From the NCBI GenBank assembly GCA_964416445.1, contig CAYQEE010000003.1:65946-129945 (forward strand): 64,000 nucleotides of DNA, in the 5' to 3' direction. Position numbers and translations under genes: made by a program. Position 1 is the first letter of the stretch. Each line of letters opens with the position of its first letter. This DNA is from an uncultured Gammaproteobacteria bacterium. Lineage in GTDB: Bacteria > Patescibacteriota > Microgenomatia > Levybacterales > UBA12049. The notes beneath the pieces are model-generated. The model worked only from the letters and a program-made list of their open reading frames with translations, had not been told where the DNA came from and did not search any database. This document shows positions 48,839 to 58,390 of the stretch, piece by piece.

Positions 48839-49891
48839 ATGCATTATAGAAAAAAATATACTGTTATTTTAATTCTTACTTTACTCGTAATCGCTCTTAT
48901 TGCTTCATATAAAGGTCTAGTAGGAAATACTATATCGACATCTGATGCTGCTTCCATGAGTCCAGTTTCCCAAGATTTTATTGCTTCAATTGATACAATG
49001 AAGGAAAGTAGGGATACAGAAACTCGACCGTTATCCGGAACTGATATAGCTCAAGATATAAGTCTTATTGCAAGTTTGAATGCAACGCATATTACAGTTG
49101 CCACAAATTGGGATTATACATCTTATTTTAGACAATGGGTAACTGCAGTTCATGCAGCAGGTAAACATATATGGGTAAGAGGGCATCCAAATCAATGGGA
49201 AAATGATAACGGTGCAACAGGAATGATGACACCAAGTATGTATCTAACATACGAGAGAAATTTCATTTTACAAAATGCGGATCTATTCAAATCAGGAGAT
49301 ATCCTTGATACATGTTCAGAAACAGAGCAAGGTAAGTATTGGAAATCAAAAAGTTCTCCATGGAGCTCCCAAACTACAGCGGAATATAATCAATTCATTA
49401 GGGATAGCATTACTATTGCTGATGCGGCATTTGCGGAGAAAAAAATAACCGGCGTAATTACAACAATTCACTCTGTTAACGCCTATATAGCGAAACATCG
49501 TTTGGAGAAAGATACGATTGCAAAAATGGGTGTTGTTACTATTGATTCATATCCAGATCAGTATGATACGAATGTCTCACAGGCTGTATCGCACAGACTG
49601 AGTGAAATTTCCGGTGTATATAATACCGTCCATGTCCCGCTTATCATAGGAGAAATTGGTTACAGTAACAAAATTCAGGTCAGTGATCAATTGCAAAAAG
49701 ATGTACTCCGCGCTGAATTTAATGCAATTCAACAACTACCCTATATTGTTGGATTAAACTATTGGGTTGGTCCAGGGGGCCCTGGACATGGTGGATATAC
49801 GAATATCTTTGCTGGATCTTTCGGTAGATGGACTCTTCGTCCAGCTGCTTATGACCTCAAAAGTATGTTTCAGTTTGAAGAAACGAAATAG
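48839..49891 (+). CDS. Secreted clan GH-A-like glycoside hydrolase (SIDTMKESRD N-terminal motif)
   Basis: Signal/TM; CSE candidate acid/base, IDSYP, IIGEIGY candidate nucleophile, GLNYW. Confidence 0.65.
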   Translation: MHYRKKYTVILILTLLVIALIASYKGLVGNTISTSDAASMSPVSQDFIASIDTMKESRDTETRPLSGTDIAQDISLIASLNATHITVATNWDYTSYFRQWVTAVHAAGKHIWVRGHPNQWENDNGATGMMTPSMYLTYERNFILQNADLFKSGDILDTCSETEQGKYWKSKSSPWSSQTTAEYNQFIRDSITIADAAFAEKKITGVITTIHSVNAYIAKHRLEKDTIAKMGVVTIDSYPDQYDTNVSQAVSHRLSEISGVYNTVHVPLIIGEIGYSNKIQVSDQLQKDVLRAEFNAIQQLPYIVGLNYWVGPGGPGHGGYTNIFAGSFGRWTLRPAAYDLKSMFQFEETK

Positions 49892-50016
49892 TAGTAGATG
49901 AAAGTTATTTTGCATCAGTTCAAAATTTTATTTAACTCTTTATCCTTAATGCACTGAATTGCCTTAGAAATAGTTTGTATTTATTATGATTTACAGTGCG
50001 AAGCAAATGAGAATAA

Positions 50017-52650
50017 CTATGGAGTAGGTGTGGGCGTATTTGTATTTGGCTGAAAATTAAGTTGAGCAATATCTCCTCCCGTATTTTGATAATATTCCAT
50101 TACAATAGTATGGTTTCCTGAGGTCATGTTCTGATTCACAGTATAAGTAGTTGGAGGTTGATCAATCCATGCATCCAATACTTTAGTGCCATCGATATAT
50201 AATCGTGCTCCGTCATCTGATGTAACTGTAAATGTATATGAACCATTTTGAAAATTTTCTATACCTGTCCAACGAGCTGAGAAATGATTATTTGGAATTG
50301 CAGGATCAGGTGAACCCCCGTTCCAGTTAAAATTAATCACCGGGTCAACACGTGTTATTGTTGGTGTACCACTCAGTGTCATGTTTGAGTAGTATTCTGC
50401 ACTGTATTGTCCAGGAGGTGGAGTTGGTGGAACTGGAATTGGTGTTGGCGTCGGAGTTCCAGGTATCTGTTTGAAACTCAATTGAGCTACATCTCCTCCG
50501 GTATTTTGGTAATATTCCATGATAATAGTATGATTTCCAGCTGTTAATGTTTGGAAGGTATTATAGGTAGTGGGTGGCTCGTCCATCCATCCATCTATTA
50601 CTTTATTACCATCAATGTAGACTCTTACTCCATCGTCAGCTGTAGCGGTGAATTCATATTCCCCAGCTTGAAAGTTTTGAACACCTGTCCATCTTGCAGA
50701 GAATTGAGTATTATTGATGGACGGATCTGGTGATCCACCATTCCAGTTAAAATTAATCGTAGGGTCTACTCTAGTTAATATTGGTGTCCCTGAAAGTGTC
50801 ATATTGTTAAAATATTGTGCATTATATCCGGTAGAAGGTGTAGGTGTTGGAGTAGCATTACCAACAACACAATTATCACCTGTCCCAGTTGGGAGACAAG
50901 TTGGGTCTGACGTAAAGATAATTCGATCCACCTTCGTATTTGGTTTATTGCCTGACATGATAATGGAATGATTTCCCTGCGAAAGGTTTTGTGAAATAAT
51001 ATTTTGATTGTTACCACTTTGATAATTCACCCAAGTCCAAGTATTTGCTGGCATAGTACTAAGATCACCCACATCAATTGGGCATCCTCCATCAATTTGG
51101 AGATAATACGCATTTGAATTAGTATCTTGTGATTCAATTCTGCTCCAAATAGTATAGTTACCGGTTTGAGGTATAGAAATTGTATTTGCTACCTGTCCAG
51201 CCCCTGATGCTATTGGTGTACACTGTTGTATAGGTGTCGGAGTAGGTGTTTGTGTAGGTGTAAGTCCAGGAATATTAAACGCCCATACATTTGCTGCCGT
51301 ATCACCAATAAATACCTCACCGTTACTAATTGCCGGTGCGCCATATGCACCCCCACCTAATGAGACAGTAAACAATTGATTACCACTTGATGCATCAAGA
51401 GCTACAAGAGTATTAGTGTTACTCGTAGATGCATATATCAACAGTCCATTGGTATAGGCCATGTCTGCAATAACAGTTCCTTTAAGATCCTCGTGAGTCC
51501 AAACGTCATTTCCTGTTGCTGGATCAACGGCGCGCACTTCTCCAGCAGAACCACTAGCATTCGGATCTTTTCCTCCTGCGACGTATAAAAGATTGTGTAT
51601 AGAGTCGAATACAGGTGTTGAAATAGTTCCCTGACCGCATTGAGGGCATTCCCCTCCTATAGCAATCTGATTTGACCATACCGGTCCTGCTGATAAACTA
51701 GCTGTATTAAGTGCATATAATTTCCCATTTTTATGGCCCGCGATTGCCATTTTTGTTCCGTTTTTTGTAGTAAATAAGGTAACGGAAGAACCAAAATCAG
51801 GATCTGGAGTTGTGTTTGTCTCGCTATCTGGAACATGCCAATAGCTTTGTATTTGCATAGTAGCCGTATTAATTTGCAGCATTGCTTTCGCATAATTTTG
51901 TCCAGGTTGTGGTGTTCCAGTTGTCACGTACAATAATGGTGGATTAACTGAAGTATCAATTGCAGGAGTATACCAAATGCCTCCTCCAGCTGGTCCACTG
52001 GTAGGAACGATGTTTAATGTATTATCAATTGCATGAGTTGTTAAATTGATTTTCAAAAGTTGACCATGCACTAGTGGATTATCACAGAGACTAGAAAGGC
52101 CAACAAACGCATAGGGCGTGCCATTTACCGTTGTAATAGCAGCAGTTCCATAATTGTAATAATCTCCTTGTACCTGACTTGTATAGATCTGTGTTTTCCA
52201 AAGAATATTACCAGTTGATGGATCGAGGGCATAAAAATTTTGATCTCCACCAGTTATATATAATACACCATTAAATAATTGAGCTGAAGCTGTAACACCA
52301 GCTTTATTAGGATAACAGCCCTGTGCACTACTAGTAGTTATACCAACAAATGTTTTCCAAAGTGGAATACCAGTATCTCGATTAAATGCATACATATTTC
52401 CATCCCAGGACCCAACATAGACAGTTGATCCGTAAACAACTGGTTGTGCTGCAATAATCCCTCCTGTTTTATATGACCATAACTTTTTTAACGAGGTAAT
52501 ATTGGTTGTATTTAAAATCTGCTCAGCATTTTGGTTACTTGAATGAGTAAGGTCATACATATACATTGGCCAATCTGCAGCTAATGCATGATGAACGGTC
52601 AAAGACAAAAAGGTAAAAATTACACTTATAATAAATAACAATCGTTTCAT
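50017..52650 (-). CDS. Secreted PQQ-like beta-propeller + CBM-like + tandem PA14 protein
   Basis: Signal peptide ending ALA|ADWPMY; propeller repeats (YVGSWDG, TGNILWK); two PA14 domains (FSARWTG, DDG.R.YIDG, MEYYQNTG); TPTP linkers; start reset to ATG 52650. Confidence 0.82.
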   Translation of the reverse strand: MKRLLFIISVIFTFLSLTVHHALAADWPMYMYDLTHSSNQNAEQILNTTNITSLKKLWSYKTGGIIAAQPVVYGSTVYVGSWDGNMYAFNRDTGIPLWKTFVGITTSSAQGCYPNKAGVTASAQLFNGVLYITGGDQNFYALDPSTGNILWKTQIYTSQVQGDYYNYGTAAITTVNGTPYAFVGLSSLCDNPLVHGQLLKINLTTHAIDNTLNIVPTSGPAGGGIWYTPAIDTSVNPPLLYVTTGTPQPGQNYAKAMLQINTATMQIQSYWHVPDSETNTTPDPDFGSSVTLFTTKNGTKMAIAGHKNGKLYALNTASLSAGPVWSNQIAIGGECPQCGQGTISTPVFDSIHNLLYVAGGKDPNASGSAGEVRAVDPATGNDVWTHEDLKGTVIADMAYTNGLLIYASTSNTNTLVALDASSGNQLFTVSLGGGAYGAPAISNGEVFIGDTAANVWAFNIPGLTPTQTPTPTPIQQCTPIASGAGQVANTISIPQTGNYTIWSRIESQDTNSNAYYLQIDGGCPIDVGDLSTMPANTWTWVNYQSGNNQNIISQNLSQGNHSIIMSGNKPNTKVDRIIFTSDPTCLPTGTGDNCVVGNATPTPTPSTGYNAQYFNNMTLSGTPILTRVDPTINFNWNGGSPDPSINNTQFSARWTGVQNFQAGEYEFTATADDGVRVYIDGNKVIDGWMDEPPTTYNTFQTLTAGNHTIIMEYYQNTGGDVAQLSFKQIPGTPTPTPIPVPPTPPPGQYSAEYYSNMTLSGTPTITRVDPVINFNWNGGSPDPAIPNNHFSARWTGIENFQNGSYTFTVTSDDGARLYIDGTKVLDAWIDQPPTTYTVNQNMTSGNHTIVMEYYQNTGGDIAQLNFQPNTNTPTPTP
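50050..50826 (-). repeat. Internal tandem duplication of the PA14 domain
   Basis: Two ~120-aa units (about 50826-50468 and 50406-50050) sharing NMTLSGTP, RVDP.INFNWNGGSPDP, FSARWTG, GNHTI.MEYYQNTGGD. Confidence 0.85.
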
Positions 52651-52654
52651 TTCT

Positions 52655-53335
52655 TCATTGTGCAATAACAATATACATATCGCTTGCTGTGACTCCTCCG
52701 TTTGGACCAAGATTAACGCTGCCTGCTGGGAATGATTTCTGGTATATATGGAATGTCATCGTATGATTTTCATTATCTTGTAAATTCAAACCAGTATTAA
52801 TCCAACTTGTATCCATCCAAGAAGGTTTATTTAATCGTGCATCAACTGCTACCGAAATTGTTGCTGTTTGATTAATTGTGAAACTCATGAGAGTCTTTCC
52901 AGCATTCCAAGTTTTGGAACTATTTGCGGTGCGTATCCATTGACTACCGTTAAATATTATAGGAAGTGTTTTAAGAGTATATGTTCGATCACCATAAAGA
53001 ATATTTCCTTGTTGCATGTTTGTTTGCAATGAATAGTTTTTTGCATTTGTTGTATCAGCTATAACTAACTGAGATATTGTTAATTGAGATGTTTGTGTAG
53101 GTGTTGGAGTCATTGTTGGTGAAGCAGTAGCAGTAAAAAGAATATACTGCCCATTCGATGCTTGTGGATCGTTTTGTATTTTTACAGCACCCTGAAGATT
53201 TCCGCTTTCTGCCTCAATAGACACAACACTATTTGACCCAGTTGCAAAAACATGCATGGATGAAAATATTGCTATCGAAAAGATAATAATAACAATTATC
53301 AGTAATAATTTTTTTCTATTTCCGAATATATTCAT
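52655..53335 (-). CDS. Secreted protein with CBM-like module and beta-rich C-terminal domain
   Basis: Signal peptide; IEAESG...ASNGQYI; TPTPT linker; YGDR..., SVNLGPNG. Confidence 0.6.
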   Translation of the reverse strand: MNIFGNRKKLLLIIVIIIFSIAIFSSMHVFATGSNSVVSIEAESGNLQGAVKIQNDPQASNGQYILFTATASPTMTPTPTQTSQLTISQLVIADTTNAKNYSLQTNMQQGNILYGDRTYTLKTLPIIFNGSQWIRTANSSKTWNAGKTLMSFTINQTATISVAVDARLNKPSWMDTSWINTGLNLQDNENHTMTFHIYQKSFPAGSVNLGPNGGVTASDMYIVIAQ

Positions 53336-53464
53336 ATAACCAAATTACCAAATTATTTTTATATTAAGATCTAATCACGTAAAATATACCAGATAATCAA
53401 AATTGTCAATGCCTATTTCGTTAAGTGAAATATCAAAATGATTAATCTGCTTACTTTTATTTCT

Positions 53465-55243
53465 TTATTTATACTTATTCGACAATATATTTTTAGCATT
53501 GGAAATTGTTTGAGAATTATCCGCTCGCTTTAGTCGATATATTTTAAAACCGTCTGAATTATAAACTAATTGATATTCTGTTTCTAACTGTTTATGTGCA
53601 TTAATAGTTAGAAATCTTGTAACGGAATCTTCTTTTACATGTTGATCATAAATGACCCATACAGCGTATTTTGCAGGATTATTTAATGATGTAAGCCAGT
53701 AATTACGCGAACCTTCATAGATAAAATTTTTATAAGGAAGTCCTGTTTGGAACATAAAATTTTCATGACGATTCGCACTGATTAAAATTAGCCCTTTATC
53801 ATATTTTTTGTTAAACCAAGATATACCTTGAGTATGTGTATAATACCAAGCTTTAGGCAGCTGAAAAAATAGAAAAAGTGGTGTAAATACGTTAGTATAA
53901 AGTTGAAAAACAATTATAAAAGTAGCTAGCATAGCGAATATTTTTTTCTTTGATGCAAAATAACCTATATAAAGTGCAATAAGTGGAGCCATTACGATGC
54001 CATAACGAATATTCGAATGTGAAACATTGTTAAATGATTTATTAAATATACTCGTTAAAGTAATCAAAGGGTATTCAATATCTGGAATTAAATCTTTTTG
54101 ATATCCATAGATAAGAAATATATAAAGTACCATTCCAATAATACTCAATGGAAGCAGAATAGAATAAGTATATATACGCTTGCGCATAATACCATATATT
54201 GATGCTATGATTAATAACAAAAACCCAATTGCAGCCAACAAAGTATTAAATATTCCATTCATCCATAACATTGCCTCCGAATATGCTGAAAATGATGATA
54301 ATAAAGATTTAGTAATATGTATATGATATCCAAGAGCATTCGACTCTGTAGTTGTAATTATTTGTCCTTTAGGCCCTGCATATAAATGTAACCAATACAG
54401 AGGGTCTTTATAGAAAAGTGCGCAATAAATACACCATAATACTATGCCATAGGAAGCAATTGTACCAAATAAGATTACTGTCCCTTCAAGCTTTTTTCTG
54501 TTATGGTCTTTTAAATAACTCAAAAAGCTCAGTACTAATACAGAAATAAATGTGCCCAGAAAAATAAAGTAGCCTTCGTAGCGTGTTAACGTAATGATAA
54601 TTAAAAAGAATCCAGTAAAAATGAGATTAAATAAGTCACGTTTTATTGCCCATTGTGTGAGAAAATAAACCACCATAATCATGCTTCCTAAAAAGAATGA
54701 TTCACTCAATGCCATTGTTTGAAGCAGCAGAATATTTATATTACTAATAAAAATGAACCAAACAAGAAAAGAAGAATATCTATTTTTTGTGACGAGAAAT
54801 GCTGTTTTATATAAGAAAATGCTACCTATAATAAACGAGCTCATCGAAATGATTGAGCCTGCTATTCCGGAATGCCATAGAAAGTTGTTGAGAATAAACG
54901 GTAACATAAGAATTTGGGGGAAAGGTAGCCAAATACCTCCTAACTGCCCAATTCCTGGAGTGATACTATCTAGCATTTTCCTTGCAATATTTAGACGAGC
55001 AATTGCATCATAATCGGCAAGAGTTTGTTGGCTTTGATAAAAATGTATAAAGCTCAGAAGGCTGATGATTATTGTTAAAATAAAAAGTATTTCTTTGTTG
55101 TACTTTAACTCTGAGGTAGATATCTTGCTAAAGACGAACCCAAAAATCTTTATAAAGGATTTTATTCTGTGGGTAAATAATATTTTCTTTGCATTTTTTC
55201 TAAGTAAATAATTCATAGTCTTTTTACAATTGAACTTTTTCAA
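53465..55243 (-). CDS. Polytopic GT-C-fold (PMT-like) glycosyltransferase
   Basis: DYDAIARLNIAR...PGIGQLGGIWLP, ALSES, TRYEG; many TM helices; overlaps the GT2 stop; start uncertain. Confidence 0.75.
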   Translation of the reverse strand: MKKFNCKKTMNYLLRKNAKKILFTHRIKSFIKIFGFVFSKISTSELKYNKEILFILTIIISLLSFIHFYQSQQTLADYDAIARLNIARKMLDSITPGIGQLGGIWLPFPQILMLPFILNNFLWHSGIAGSIISMSSFIIGSIFLYKTAFLVTKNRYSSFLVWFIFISNINILLLQTMALSESFFLGSMIMVVYFLTQWAIKRDLFNLIFTGFFLIIITLTRYEGYFIFLGTFISVLVLSFLSYLKDHNRKKLEGTVILFGTIASYGIVLWCIYCALFYKDPLYWLHLYAGPKGQIITTTESNALGYHIHITKSLLSSFSAYSEAMLWMNGIFNTLLAAIGFLLLIIASIYGIMRKRIYTYSILLPLSIIGMVLYIFLIYGYQKDLIPDIEYPLITLTSIFNKSFNNVSHSNIRYGIVMAPLIALYIGYFASKKKIFAMLATFIIVFQLYTNVFTPLFLFFQLPKAWYYTHTQGISWFNKKYDKGLILISANRHENFMFQTGLPYKNFIYEGSRNYWLTSLNNPAKYAVWVIYDQHVKEDSVTRFLTINAHKQLETEYQLVYNSDGFKIYRLKRADNSQTISNAKNILSNKYK

Positions 55244-57473
55244 ATAATCCTTTTTTTAATGAAATAAGCTGTTTTCTAATATTTCCTGGAAATCGGAAAA
55301 AAGAAGGTACTTTAACTAATTCAATAATAATTTCAGGAGCTGCAGGGCTTAGATGTAAACCATGTACTGTCTTTTCCCAATAGTGAGGTTTAAAAATAAG
55401 TTGGTAAAATGCAATTCCTCCAGCAACACTGATCATAATCCAATATATGGGAATTAGGAAAATATATTTAATAAGATCCCATTGTTCTTTTTTGGCACAA
55501 CCGATCATATAGTAAAAAAGAAAAAGCGAATTACCCAAGACAAGAGAAATAATTGCTAAATACAACGTGGGTGCAGGAAACGCAGAATCAATTACTCGTC
55601 CAAAAATAGAATACAACGTAAAATAAAAAATAGTGACAACCCATAACAGCGGATTAATCAAGATAAACGCAATTTTTCCACCAATTACTAAATGAAAAAT
55701 CAAAGTGTGCCATTTTGTCTTTTTTATTAATTTTGTATGATTCCTACAATGTACTAAGTATGTTTGCATGTAACCTTTTATCCATCGAGATCGTTGGCGC
55801 AGCCAATTCCCCCACTGACTATTAGCCTCTTCTAAAGTTGTGGAGTCAATGATTGCTGTTTGGTATCCTTGTCTAAATAACCGTAAACCTAAATCAGCAT
55901 CTTCAGTAACGTTGAAAGGATCCCATCCTTCAAGTTTTCGTAAGTGAGCTATTCTAAAATGATTGCTTGTTCCTCCAAGAGGTATTGAGGTTTTCAATGA
56001 TTGCAAGCCGGTTAACGTAACATCAAACCATAAGGAATATTCAGCTGTAAAAAATCTGGTAAGTAAATTTTGTTGTGAATTATAATAATTTAATTTTGCT
56101 TGTAAACAGATTATACTTTTATTAACTTTTTGAAATGCTAGATATGCTTTTTTTAACTGTAATGGATCAGGAATATCTTCAGCGTCATAGATAACTAAGT
56201 ATTCGCCTTTAGCATGTGCAAGTCCATAGTTACATGCTTTGGGTTTTGTTTTTGGCACAGAATCTGGAACAAGAAGAATTCGAAAATATGAAGGGAGATT
56301 CATTTGTTTCGCAATAGTAATTGTTGTTTTGTCATCCTCTTCTAACAGTAATATAACATCAAGTTTTTCTTTAGGGTAATCAAGCTTACTGATAGAATCG
56401 ACAAACTGAGGAATAATATGTGCTTCTTTATAAAGTGGACAAAGTATGGTATAAGTTTTAAGCCTATCATTTTGAAGCTGACTTAACTCTGAAGAAAGAA
56501 ATGTAATTTCTTGTGGTTGATAAAGACTTTTACAAACTAAAAATAAACTGAATAACACGTCAGCAAAATAGATAAAACTAAGTAAAAATAGAAGCAATTG
56601 CACAGTAAAAATGGTATTAAAAGCGATTGCAAGGATGATAATGAGAATGATTAAAATAATATATACTTTTTGTTTACCTATTATCGTTTGTAATGCAGAT
56701 TCTGAATGATGAAGAGAGGAATGTGTAATATAAACATTTCCATTATACCGAATACCCGCCCCAATCATCTTATTATTATTTCCAGCTCGGAATGGAACTG
56801 GAGGAACAAGCATAAGCCGAAATCTTAAGGCATTTATTAAAAATCTCCAATAATATAAAGCTTTAGAGCTGTAAAATTTAATACTATTTTTTTCCGTATT
56901 TACTATATCAACTCTTTTTACAATAAATCCCGCCTTTTTTGCTTTATAGATTAGTTCCTGCCTGAAATCCTGTATATTTTTTGAAGTTATAGACAAGTGT
57001 ATTAGAAGATTTATTTTAAAAGCTATAATGTTGAGTTGAGGATTTTCTACGAGGTTAAATAAGTTTTGAACAAAAATTCTCTGAAATAAACTTTTTGTTT
57101 GTTTTGCTGAACCGTAAATGCGATTTTCGACAGTAATGTCTGCGTCGTTATCTAATAATTCAAGCATTTTCAAAATAGTTTCATCTGAGGATTTTAAATT
57201 AGGTTCTAACATTATGACAATGTTAAATTGAGCATTCTTAATTACTTCAGTTAGTGAGTCATTATTAAGTTTCTCTCCATTTTTTTTGTAAAAGGAAATA
57301 GGATAATATTTTGCTAATTTTTTAATATTTAAAATGTTCTTATTGGATGCCCCTTCATCAATAAAAATAATTTCATAAACAAATTTATGAAGACTACTAT
57401 GTAGTTTTATTAGAAAGGCATTTAAATCATATTCTTTATTCCGAACAGGAATAATAATAGATAATTTTTCCAT
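55224..57473 (-). CDS. Processive GT2 (cellulose-synthase-like) with an N-terminal degenerate GT2 domain
   Basis: PLYKE, KPKACN, YDAED, GGTSNH, TEDADLG, QRSRW, WEKTVHG; N-terminal IIIPVRN/FIDEG/MLEPNL lacks DxD. Confidence 0.9.
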   Translation of the reverse strand: MEKLSIIIPVRNKEYDLNAFLIKLHSSLHKFVYEIIFIDEGASNKNILNIKKLAKYYPISFYKKNGEKLNNDSLTEVIKNAQFNIVIMLEPNLKSSDETILKMLELLDNDADITVENRIYGSAKQTKSLFQRIFVQNLFNLVENPQLNIIAFKINLLIHLSITSKNIQDFRQELIYKAKKAGFIVKRVDIVNTEKNSIKFYSSKALYYWRFLINALRFRLMLVPPVPFRAGNNNKMIGAGIRYNGNVYITHSSLHHSESALQTIIGKQKVYIILIILIIILAIAFNTIFTVQLLLFLLSFIYFADVLFSLFLVCKSLYQPQEITFLSSELSQLQNDRLKTYTILCPLYKEAHIIPQFVDSISKLDYPKEKLDVILLLEEDDKTTITIAKQMNLPSYFRILLVPDSVPKTKPKACNYGLAHAKGEYLVIYDAEDIPDPLQLKKAYLAFQKVNKSIICLQAKLNYYNSQQNLLTRFFTAEYSLWFDVTLTGLQSLKTSIPLGGTSNHFRIAHLRKLEGWDPFNVTEDADLGLRLFRQGYQTAIIDSTTLEEANSQWGNWLRQRSRWIKGYMQTYLVHCRNHTKLIKKTKWHTLIFHLVIGGKIAFILINPLLWVVTIFYFTLYSIFGRVIDSAFPAPTLYLAIISLVLGNSLFLFYYMIGCAKKEQWDLIKYIFLIPIYWIMISVAGGIAFYQLIFKPHYWEKTVHGLHLSPAAPEIIIELVKVPSFFRFPGNIRKQLISLKKGLFEKVQL

Positions 57474-57754
57474 AACAAATATCCAGGTATATTATTTAAA
57501 ACTAGAAAATATAGGGCAGATTCGAGGCAGGTACGTTCGTTTTCTCTATGAATTCCTCATAGTGAATTCTAATTACAGGATTTTATCATAAATCTTTTAA
57601 TAGTTTAAGTACCAAAATGCTTGATTGTTATTAAACGAAAGAAATTTAGAAATTTTTAATATAAAGTTACACAAATAGCTGATGATAACCACTCTGATTG
57701 TAGTTAGTATTATCTGTTGATATAAATTTTATTTATCCGCTATAAAGCTAATTG

Positions 57755-58288
57755 TTATTTAGTTACTAAAAAAGATACAGGGTTACTCGTGCCGTTTTTA
57801 TTGATTACACTAATTAGATATGGTTGTAATTGTGTTTGCTGAACTAATATTGCCATACAATGAACTTGAGAATTTTGAAAAGGTCGATTACAACCTCCAT
57901 AAGCTTTATCAGGAATAGAGAAAGTTATTGAAGTTCCATCAAGAGAAGTATATGGGCCTAAATATGCAGAACCAAATTGAATGTAATTTTGCACCAATGA
58001 AAATCCCGACCCAGTGATGGTAACCGAAGTAGAAATAGAACCTTGTCCCGGTGAAAGTGAGTTAATCATTACTGAACCATTCTGTCTTGTTATAGAAGCT
58101 ATGGGGAGACTAATAATAGGACGTATAGGTAATGTTACTGGTGGTTTACTATTTTGATCAATTATCGATTGATAGTGTCTTCCATAAAAAAAACCAACGA
58201 TCGGTATAAAAATAAAAAGAATTAAAGCAATAGTTTTAGATAATGGAGTAACGGTAGTTAATGACTTTGAAATCTTCATTATTTTCAT
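57755..58288 (-). CDS. Membrane-anchored IPT/TIG-domain protein
   Basis: TTVTPLSKTIAL TM start; INSLSP..G....VTITGSGF; NKNGTSNPVSF. Confidence 0.75.
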   Translation of the reverse strand: MKIMKISKSLTTVTPLSKTIALILFIFIPIVGFFYGRHYQSIIDQNSKPPVTLPIRPIISLPIASITRQNGSVMINSLSPGQGSISTSVTITGSGFSLVQNYIQFGSAYLGPYTSLDGTSITFSIPDKAYGGCNRPFQNSQVHCMAILVQQTQLQPYLISVINKNGTSNPVSFLVTK

Positions 58289-58390
58289 TATTCAAGAAAA
58301 CAATCGTAAGGTCAATATCCAATTTGAAGTGAATTTTAAATAAAACAAGAACAGGAACTGGTGATTATATAATGAAACAAGAAAAAATTT

